Positions 25,101 to 33,829 of a DNA stretch of 64,000 nucleotides are shown in pieces. The notes beneath the pieces are model-generated. The model saw only the letters and a list, made by a program, of their open reading frames with translations. It was not told where the DNA came from and made no database searches. This DNA is from Vitrella brassicaformis CCMP3155. Its lineage: Eukaryota; Protista; Chromerida. Location: positions 10,060-74,059 of the forward strand of contig CDMY01000453.1 of NCBI GenBank assembly GCA_001179505.1, given 5' to 3'. Position numbers and translations under genes: made by a program. Each line of letters starts with the position of its first letter. Positions within the stretch are counted from its first letter, which is position 1.

Positions 25101-27699
25101 GAGCTTCACAGTTTGCTGGCGCAAGCGGAATATTTGGCACCATTGCACAGCGGGCAAAGGCCATGCTCTTGTTCGGACACGTCACATATTCTGAGGGAGA
25201 GAGGAAGAGAGAGAGAGACATGTGACATCGACCTTTGAAGCTGTACTCCTCACGTGTGTGGACGCCAAAGTACGGCCCGGTCTCGACGTCAATCATCGGA
25301 ACACTGTCACCCTCAGATGCGACTGAACAGAGAGAATGGCCAAACACGCTTTCACTTTAATGAGAACAAGCATGCGCTGTGCGGTCCCGTGTTGTGCTGT
25401 CGCGACCTTGTCCAAAGGTTGGACAGTTGTTATCTGCTTGAGCTGTCACATAGACATACTGCGGCGCAGTGACACGCGCCGCCTGATCCTCTGCATTGAC
25501 CATGGCCACTTTGACAGCTGGTCTGACTGCAGACAGAGGAAGATGGCTGGAGAAAGATAGACGCAGTCAGCTTCATGCGTACACGGCTCTTGCTTGACAA
25601 AAGCGTCGAAGCCGCTTGCGGGCACCAAGCTGGTGCTATTTGTCGCCTCACATCTGCTCGAGCCGCCGCTACCGCTGAACACCGCACAAAAGCACGCCGA
25701 GGACTCTGAACAGCTGCGAAGAAGCGACATACGTACACGTTAAGACAGACAGCCGTTGCAGCGGGAAGACGACATGGGTGCTGTTTGCGTACCTGTTGTA
25801 ACAAACTTTTTTCGTTACACCAGACCCCAGCACACTGCGGTCGCCCCCCGTGCAGTCATAGTCAGTGTGGGTCAGGTAAGGCACTGCATGACGCCGACAA
25901 GAGTGACCGACATGCCGTGCAGCTGCTTGTGGTTCATGTCTCTGTGACTTACCATGGGGCGCGCCCAGAATCCTCAGCCCGTACACACGCACGGGCACTT
26001 CCCCGTGGGTCTGCAGCAGCTTTATCTCCAACTCGTCCGTGTGGACGTAGGGAAAACGCACGTGGAGCCATGTCTGCAGACAAGCAGCAAGAAACTAGGT
26101 ACAAGAGACATGGCCCGGCCCTCGGTGTACCTGGTCATTGTCGGTAACCTCCGCGGCTTGCATCATTCCCGCGCCACTGTCCCCGTACCACACCTCGACC
26201 GTCTTCGGAGTGTGTGGCTGGGCGACCAGCCGCGGGATGATCTTGCGCTTCTCGTATTTGTCAAACGAGATTTCTACGCCTCCAATGTACGCAGCAGAAG
26301 TAAAATTGATAAGGAAGACGTCGGACGAGCCGTCCACCGACGAGCCTTCCCAGTAGGTGTCGGAGGCATCTGTAAGCATCTGTTCCATCGCCGAGCCGCC
26401 GCTGAAGGAATGCGCCGGGATGTGTGTGTACTCGGGCGCATTGGTCGCTTCGATGGCAAGATCGTCAAGTGGCCGCCACCCAAAAGGGTCCGTTGCATAT
26501 TGTATCTGATGCAGCGTGACGGCGACTGAAGTGAAAAGGCGGGAAACACACACACACACACAAAAAAGGAAGCAGTCAGTGGTGTTTCCATTCGCAAGAA
26601 CGAATACGTCTGCATTTGCCGGTCACACATCCAGCAGTGGTGCCGTGCTCGGTGGCCATCGTGATGTCGCCCGAGGAAGGCTGCTTCAGCAGATGGCAGT
26701 GTCCGGTGTCCTGTTGATAGTTGATGTACTTGCAGTCGTTGCGGCTGTAGCAGAGGGCGAGACAGGCACGCGCACTGGACGGGGAGAATATCATGTTTTC
26801 TCCCCCAAACCCCTGCCAGGCATAGTCGGCGCCTTGATACGCATAGTCAGCAGACATGGCTGCCGGGAGATAGCAGTAGGGAAGGCAAGAAGCGTCCGTG
26901 GCGTCAGCCTCGATCGCTGCAACACACGCGTTGGCCCACTACTCTTGTCAGATGGTTTCGAATAGTCGATTTAATCACCTGAACAATCGCCTCTGCCATT
27001 GATGGCACCGGGCTCATCTTTGAACGAATCAATATCGCCAGGATAGCTGCAAATACAGAACAGGAATTGTGTGGCGCGAGTATCCGCTGTTGAAGCGTGA
27101 GTACAGACGGATGCATACATTTCAAAGTGACCGCATTGCGCGTGGCCCATGTGCGTGGACACAGTAAAGTGCGTGCAGGAGGGTTCCGCCAGGCACTCTT
27201 GCTGGCAGCGGACGACGGCGGTTTCCTTGGTTGTGGTATCTTTCCAGCCCCCTGATGTTGAGAGTCTGCGGGGGTGCGAACTGTCAGTCGAATACGTGTA
27301 GGCCACATCAAACTGATAGCAGCCTGTCGATGAATGCATCCAACATGCAACACAGCCATCTTCAAGCGTCGGTGTTCCCTTTGACGCCTTCTCACTGGCT
27401 TTGCAGAAGGGCGTCTCCTCGCAAGAGATTCCGTCATAAGATCCGAAATCACAGTACCGACAACATAAGTGCCCCTGCACACCGCAGCCAGTCGTCGTTG
27501 CCTCGCACGTGGGGTCAAACTTGACGCGTTCGCCGCTCGACAGAGAAAGACCGGCACACGTTGATCTGGTCACGCTGATGTCATTGAGGCATTCGTCAAT
27601 CAGGCAGCAGGAGGGCTGGAAGCAGATGGCAAGCAGCAAAGAGATGGCAACGGGAGCCAGAAGGCCTGAATGCCGTCCTCCTGGATCAGGAACTGCCAT
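8634..27699 (-). CDS. Giant polycystin-1/REJ-family adhesion receptor-like protein (signal peptide, PAN, F5/8C-like, trefoil, Ig-like, Cys repeat, REJ, GAIN/GPS, multi-TM); many exons
   Basis: All recognisable coding segments from ATG 27699 (signal peptide LLAPVAISLLLAICFQPSCC) to the stop at 8634 are on the minus strand, bounded by GT-AG introns, in the canonical PKD1-like domain order. Joins that I traced (e.g. TM1-RDR/HDWRSP..PFR/FFGGMIF; IREHPL/PKVLPYDPIISR/TQRYSVEL) keep frame. Not every junction was verified. Confidence 0.72.
14575..14692 (-). other. GPS (GPCR proteolysis site) motif of a GAIN domain
   Basis: CTCQFFDERSGNWSREGCTELESNGSHVTCSCDHL/TSFVAA matches C-x-[FW]-..W..GC..C-x-C-x-H-L-T-x-F. 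A hydrophobic TM helix (HFLGLVFVLGLLFSPCIYL) follows ~35 aa later. Confidence 0.93.
15969..18283 (-). other. REJ (receptor for egg jelly)-like Ig/FnIII region
   Basis: Exons with LKWQCFKI, FFALTAHI, VEWLYRQ, LKILLQPDTLQPFSSLIIVAQA, DRPPFGGHITASKTTVSTFETVRLEMYGWKDDDD and LPKGRWTLYGVVRDAHG. The PP.GG....W.D and LP.G...L.V.V.D..G motifs are typical of REJ modules upstream of GAIN. Confidence 0.75.
19130..19420 (-). other. Myxococcus-type cysteine-rich repeat (DUF4215-like), split by two introns
   Basis: Spliced CGDAFKTEAEVCDDG/NSVSGDGCT/(T)DCLAIDEGWTC matches CGDG..E.CDDGN...GDGC...C.IE.GW.C. Confidence 0.8.
19950..21750 (-). other. Long intron-free exon encoding several bacterial-type Ig-like beta-sandwich domains
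   Basis: PTVSLVLTGPALTNQQAVTVVATFTEAMDPSTFTASDVTATNATVDSV...NTESNTVSVTNDLTPPSVSL and SLELSTEPV..VPAGVVHDQAGNGN resemble bacterial Ig-like repeats (D.T.P.V, TF.E.V..F...D, D.AGN). The sequence is Ser/Thr/Val/Ala-rich. Confidence 0.7.
25060..25190 (-). other. Trefoil (P-type)-like domain
   Basis: CPNKSMAFARCAMVPNIPLAPANCEALGCCYDYDLQECY has the six-Cys spacing C..R.C....C...GCC[FY]D...C[FY] of trefoil domains. Confidence 0.7.
25960..26500 (-). other. F5/8 type C / galactose-binding-like domain
   Basis: MEQMLTDASDTYWEG..VFLINFTSAAYIGGVEI..TPKTVEVWYG, then TDELEIKLLQ..VRVYG in the next exon; pattern typical of discoidin/galactose-binding jelly-rolls. Confidence 0.6.
26600..27330 (-). other. Two PAN/apple domains at the N-terminus of the giant receptor (a third PAN-like unit at ~25600-25900)
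   Basis: CYQFDVAY...CQQECLAEPSCTHFTV...C and DYAYQGAD...ACLALCYSRNDCKYINYQQDTGHCHLLK. The third unit is DYDCTGGDRSV..CYNRCSESSACFCAVF..RC. Confidence 0.75.
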
Positions 27700-27863
27700 A
27701 ATGGAATTTAATGCGAATGCTGGACGAATGGAAGGCGAGCTAGATGTGGGGCCCTCGTGGGGCCCAGCGCCTACCCGTCGCCCCCCTACCCGTGCCGTCT
27801 CGTCTCCACTCTCATACCGCGTAAAGGTGTCCGTGCACGTGGCGTGCGGGGGGGGGGGGGGGG

Positions 27864-28163
27864 NNNNNNNNNNNNNNNNNNNNNNNNNNNNNNNNNNNNN
27901 NNNNNNNNNNNNNNNNNNNNNNNNNNNNNNNNNNNNNNNNNNNNNNNNNNNNNNNNNNNNNNNNNNNNNNNNNNNNNNNNNNNNNNNNNNNNNNNNNNNN
28001 NNNNNNNNNNNNNNNNNNNNNNNNNNNNNNNNNNNNNNNNNNNNNNNNNNNNNNNNNNNNNNNNNNNNNNNNNNNNNNNNNNNNNNNNNNNNNNNNNNNN
28101 NNNNNNNNNNNNNNNNNNNNNNNNNNNNNNNNNNNNNNNNNNNNNNNNNNNNNNNNNNNNNNN
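27864..28163. other. Assembly gap (300 N) flanked by poly-G runs
   Basis: N run read directly, with G homopolymers on both sides. Confidence 0.99.
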
Positions 28164-28679
28164 GGGGGGGGGGGGGGGGGGGGGGGGGCGGGGTGGGTGG
28201 ATGGGTGTCCCGAAAAACCGAAAACTATACACGAAATGCGCTTGCCTTGCCAAGCGCCGAAGCGAGCCGGAGACGGTGCATATATGTTGATCGGGTCGCT
28301 CTCGCACGCGTACGCTACCATGGCATGGGTAGATGAAAATTACTTGACGAAAAGAGGTGACGTCAGCGATGTGTCGACATACATGTACACAATACACACA
28401 CAGACATGCACAGGGAGAGAAAGAGAGAGAGAGAGAGACATAGAGTTAGGAGGAGTGCGCGCATATACGCAACACAGAGTAGCAGAGTTACGTCCAAACT
28501 AGTCGGGCTGCCTGTCTCTCCCCGGTGTCTGTCGGGCAGCTGCTCAAAACGCGTCCGTCCACTACGTACATACACATCTGCATTCACACCCACACAAGCT
28601 GGCACACTCATTCGCCCACTTTGCCGCCTAGGTACAAAACCCTTCTATGCAAGACGCACACAGAAATGCAAAACAGACT

Positions 28680-28714
<35 letters not shown>

Positions 28715-28848
28715 CCATGCTTGTCCGCAGCGCTATAGAGGGAGAGGCCGCACGTGATTGACGTGCGTACGCCTCACTCACACACATACAGTACACACTA
28801 TCAATCCATCCCTACTACCCCTCAGCCAACCAAATGGCCTTGCCATCC

Positions 28849-29833
28849 TCAAGCCAAAATTGCCACCCCTGCTGTGCTGTTGTCGCTGTCATCTGTCGGC
28901 ATTGTCAGTGGCATCCGGTCGATCAGCACCTTGTCGTACTTCTCACATGAGTCGTCGTAGTGCAGGTCGCGCAACACGTTCTCGGGACACGCCATCCGCC
29001 TCATCGACGATCCGAAAGTCTCGTCAACAGCGGCCGCATCGAAGAGACTGCTCGTGTCCACATCGGCGCCAGTCACTTTGGTCCAGCACGTCTCGATCTG
29101 GGACAGCACGGGCCCTCGACAGCTCATCGCCACCATGTTGGGACCCCCATAGGCGTTCTGGATGGCGGCGACCGACACCTCCCGGCCGATGTGCTGACGG
29201 ACAAGCTTGGGCGTGTCGCTCAGAAAGAAGGCGCGCGCCATCAGGGCAAAGTAGGCGACCGCACTGAGCCCGGAGCAGCTGCCGTGCCGCGCGTACTCGT
29301 GGTCGATGAAGCCGCCGCTGACGTTGAGAGTTGCCGAGTAGGCGGGCGCAATGCGCTGCCAGAGGTGCTGAAATCGACTCTTGACGTCGGCCGGTGCGCG
29401 GCAGTGCGGCAGCTTCTTCTGTGAGCGACGCGAGCAGCTTGCAAAGCCACCACAGAACTGAGGGAAGCGATAGGGCTGCCGCGCAGCAGCAGTCGTGTCA
29501 TTGTACTGAATCAACACAGACCGCACACACAGAAACGGTATACTGTGCATCGCTCCATCTGCTCATGTATCCCTTCCTTGTGTGTGGACGCACTTGAGGC
29601 CACAGGCCATGCAGAGTGAAGTGCGTAGCGGCAAATGAGCCCGGCTTGATGGAGGTGCACTCGGCGCTGCCCTTGCCTTGCGTAAGGCACCACTCAGGCG
29701 CCCAACCCTCTGCCAGCACGTACAGGTCAAACGTGCCAGCAGGGACGCCCGTTTCTTGAGCAGTGACGCAGCATATGGCAAGGAGGCCGGAGATGACCAG
29801 CAGATGCGACAGATCTGAGAGCGGGGACCTCAT
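28849..29833 (-). CDS. Secreted ribonuclease T2 family protein (exons 29833-29594, 29505-28849)
   Basis: Signal peptide HLLVISGLLAICCVTA; FDLYVLAEGWAPEWC; CAS I FTLHGLWPQ; CAS II FIDHEYARHGSC; C-terminal LSQIETCW. Confidence 0.95.
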
Positions 29834-30030
29834 CTCGCCTGAACAATCTCCCTCGGGAACCCTGTTGAGCTCGCATTCAGTGGCTGGGCAGTTCCACGAT
29901 ACCCACCCCTTCTGGGGACAGCAGGGCGAAGCGGATTTGCGCATCTGTCAATATTGATCCAGTTGGAGCATTTTCACTCATCCCATCTCCTCGCTGCTTC
30001 CCTCTCTCGCCCTGGAGCCCCACATCAGGC

Positions 30031-30706
30031 ATGAAGGCATCGGCGCCCAGCAGCAAGGCCACAGCAGACGGCATCCACAAGCCAACAGAGGAGATGAGCG
30101 GCCGGCCGATGCTGCTCAATGTGGGCGGCTTCGTCATAGCGTTCCCTCGGGATGTGCTGCTGCGCGAGGGGCTGCGGGACACCTGCCTGGCGGTGCTGCT
30201 GAACCGCTTCGACAGCTGGATGATCACAGACGACAATCGCATTCACTTCATTGACGCGACCCCTTCTACTTCATCTGGTGAGGGGAGGGAGGGAAGCAAC
30301 ACATTGGTTGACAGGCAGCAGCACTCGCCGTGTGTGTGTTCAGGTTGGCTGTGAAGCTTCGTTACCTGAGCTCCAACCGCATCGACGTGAGTGAGATCAT
30401 CGAGGGCTGCCCCGCACTGGCCTTCTACCACGACCGCTTCTTCGCCAAGACGGCCGTCACCATCGAGCCGCAACACGGTGACCACGACAGCGAGGCGTTC
30501 CGGGGCTTCACGGCCGTCATGGGGCCCTTCATCAGCTCATCGGTGGCGGGCGGGACGGGCGGCAGTGAGGTGCTGAGTGTGCGTGTGGCGGATGGCGGTG
30601 TGGTGGCCACGACCGACGCGACGCTGGCCGACTACAGCATACTGCACGACCGATTCATCAAGTAGGGCTACAGGCGGACATGAGATGGCGTGGTGGTCAT
30701 CTTCGC

Positions 30707-30743
<37 letters not shown>

Positions 30744-32494
30744 GTATGGGCCCGTCGCGGATGTGTCGGCAGACACCTTCCACAAGTGACACACCACAGC
30801 AGCAGCCAGGCGACACACGAAATCTCTGTGTGTGTGTGGTGTGCAGGGTGGTCGACGATTACATTCGTCGCATTCGGTTGCCCCCCGACGCCGCCACGCC
30901 GCTGCCGACGAGCAGCTGGCCTGACGAGCTCTTGTACGCCTGTGACATGTACGGCCTCATGGATCGGGTGTACCTCTCGATGATCGACAAATCGCACAGC
31001 CACATCAAATGCCTCTTCAAGTGAGTCACAACACACAACAGAGGGGTGTGGGAGGGAGATGCCATTTGTTGATTTGGATGCCTTTGTGTGTCAGGAGTTC
31101 GTCTGACGGAGAGTTTGGCACTCTGGTAGAGCGAGTGGCGGGTGTGAGCGGCCTGCTCTTCGTCATCGAGGACGAGAAGCAGTACACCATCGCCTGCCAC
31201 ATCGACGGGCCCCTCATCCCCCCGGCTGACCCGACATCGACGCTGCTCACCGGCAGCCCTGTGACCTTCTACTCCATCAATGGGCCATTCGAGGAGGGCG
31301 GCATCGCCAAGATCACCGTGCCGCATGACGACCAGTACGTGATGGTCGCCGGCACAGAGGGGGCGGTGAAGGACGGCAATGGAGTGCCGGCTGGCAAGGT
31401 GTGCATCGGGGGCGTGCGGCTCTGCCTGGGGTATGGGCAGGGGAGGCCGGCTGACGACCTCCGCAGCTGCCTCCAGTGGGTGCGTAGAGGCGAGCTCCCC
31501 GGAGACAAGACGTACGTGGGCAGCATCAATTCAGGAGTGGCCACTTTGGCCAAGAAACACTCCTTCACAGCCCAGCGGCTTGAGGTCTACGAGGTCAGAC
31601 AGAAACATCAAGTGGACGGACGTCATCATGTCCATGTGGCTTATGTGTCCATGTGCGTATATGTGTGTGTGTCTCTTTAGGTGTGGAGCACTCTCCCGGC
31701 TGATCCCATCCTTCCCGCCGATGACCTGCAGGCCCTTATCGACACGACACGCGACATAGGGATGACAGCACAGCTGCTCTACAAGTGAGTCAGCCAAAGA
31801 TGCTATCATCGTATCTCTCTGCTGTCTGTCCGGCTGTGTCAGGGGCGAGCGTGACGGCTGGACGCACGAGACCATGCTGGCCAAGGTGGGCGAGGCGGCC
31901 GACCTGCTGCTGGTGGCCAAAGACACCGGCAGCCACACATTCGCCACCCACATCGAGGGACAGCTCAAGCAGCCAGCCGACCCCACTGGAGTGGCGCACA
32001 GACGCTGCCCCGTGACCTTCTACTCCATCAGCGGCGCATTCGAGCAGCAGGGCATCGCCAAGCTCACCGTGCCACAAAACAAGCAGCATGTGATAGTCGC
32101 CGGCGCCGAGGGGGCGGTGGTGGGCAGCAAGGGCGGTGCTGGCAAGGTGGTCATCGGTGGGGGCCGCCTGTGGCTGGGGTATGGGAGGGATGCGCGCCCG
32201 GCTGGCGACCTCCGCAGCTGCCATCAGTGGGTGAGGGGAGTGAGCTGCCCGACGACAAGACGTACGTGGGCAGCATCAACGAGGACAGATGGGCCACCTT
32301 AGCTGCCTGTGCGCACTTCACATGTGTCGATTTGGAGGTCTACACACTGCAGGTCAGAGGGGCCAGGGAGAGGAGGGAGGCACATGAGTGTTTTGATTCC
32401 GTTGCCCTCCTGGTTCTGTCTGTGTGTGCAGGTGCCGGATGGCTGGGAGTGGCTGAGTGCGGTGGCCGACATAGTGCTCTCACAATCGACATGA
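30031..32494 (+). pseudogene. BTB/POZ + tandem TLDc-like domain gene with two apparent -1 frameshifts (pseudogene or sequencing error)
   Basis: KCTD-type BTB start LLNVGGFV...HFIDA(D)PFYFIW needs one extra G at ~30258 to restore DADPFYF and the exon phase. Two similar TLDc-like repeats (~31095-31595 and ~31845-32350). The second has 8 nt instead of 9 at 32234-32241 relative to the first (QWVRRGELPGDKTYVGSIN vs QWV..ELPDDKTYVGSIN). Confidence 0.75.
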
Positions 32495-33412
32495 GATCTG
32501 TCTGTCGAGGGGCTGAGCGGAGCGGGGCGAGTAGCCAGTGGATGAGGATAATCGGCAGGCGTGGGAGCACGTGCCCACGCTTATGCTCGGATGTGTCTAT
32601 ACCGTCTTATGTGTTTGTATACAGCTGCTGCGTGCGTGTGCCTGGAGATGTGTATACCCGTCTCTTTGTGCTCATATGTATGTGGCCGTGGTGTCACGCG
32701 TGCGCTGCATGCCTGGCTGCCAGTCTGTCTGCCTGCCTGCCTACGTAGTCATGTTCCGACACCTGCATCCGTTGAAGACTGCCACGATCGATGTGCCAGG
32801 GAGGTCACACACATCCATCCATGCCGAAGCCACATGGATGGCCTCAGGTGCCCACACTGTGCTGGTTGGATGTGTGACCTCCCTATGTGTCTGTGTAGCT
32901 AGTGTGTCCCTGGGTCTCGGGTCATGACACTTTGCACCCCAGAGCGGTGTGGCGGCCTTAAAACTTGATTTGATGCTGTGTCCATTGGCTCATTCATTCA
33001 AACAGAGCGGTCACAATCCATATCCCATCCCACACACACCACACATGCACACCACCTCCCACCAGCCGGCCTTCTCCGCCCAACGACCACACACACGACC
33101 ACGACCGCCCACCACTTGCCAGTATTCACTCCACATGCCCTCGTGATTCACCGTCCGATTCACCGCTGCCACCGCCACCTCGTGTGCAGCAGCAAGGCGC
33201 ACAAGGTGTCGGTGAAGATGATGACCAGATGATGACCTCAAATGGACGAAACCGAAACCGAAACCGAAACCGAATCAGCAGTGAGGATCCAACCCGTCAC
33301 ACACCATACAGCAGTGTCGTCACATCAGCAGTCGGTCGCTCGGCACGGATGGATCATCACCAGAAGGACGGCGGGCGAATGAGGCCGGCAGTGGTTGGTG
33401 GCAGGCTCAGGC

Positions 33413-33736
33413 TTATCGGGATCTCTGTCGCATCTTCCTCCTCTTGCGCTGGAGGCGGCGAGTGCGCTTCTTCTTCCACTGAACACACACACACACACAC
33501 ACAGCATGACCACACTATCGTCTGGCGCTTCCTCCCCCTGGCTGCCAACCCCCCGGCATCACTTCTTCCCCTCACAGCTGCCCCTTTGGCCTTGCTGAGC
33601 GCCCATGACTGCCCTCCATCCCCCCTCTCGCGTGTCTTTGCTTCCCCCGTGTCAGATCTGTGTCGGGTGTGTGTCTTCTCACCTTCCAGCGCATACGCGC
33701 CGTGGACTTCTTATACCGACTGGCTCCGTGTGCCAT
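33413..33736 (-). CDS. RPL41: Ribosomal protein L41 (eL41/eS32), apicomplexan-type with N-terminal extension; exons 33736-33683 and 33478-33413
   Basis: Spliced product MAHGASRYKKSTARMRWKWKKKRTRRLQRKRRKMRQRSR* (39 aa). The C-terminal part matches the RPL41 consensus WxKKRxRRLxRKRRKMRQRS. Clean GTGAG...TTCAG intron. Absent from the ORF track. Confidence 0.97.
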
Positions 33737-33829
33737 CTTGTCAACACCGAAGCGGGAACGGCTTCGTTCGTCAGTTTCGAGCTCGCAGGATCGTCTTACC
33801 CTGAAACCCGAACTCTACTAGTGAAAAAT

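Noticed and set aside
27847-28190. Poly-G tracts either side of the gap, upstream of the giant receptor gene, as a possible G-quadruplex promoter element
   Set aside because: The true length and content are unknown because of the gap; both gaps abut homopolymers, which points to a sequencing limitation.
27786-28397. ORFs spanning the N gap (also 54328-55595)
   Set aside because: Artefacts of translating through N runs.
33250-33273. (AACCGA)4 tandem repeat as a telomere-like sequence
   Set aside because: Only four units, internal, and not a recognised telomeric motif; probably lies in the RPL41 3' region.
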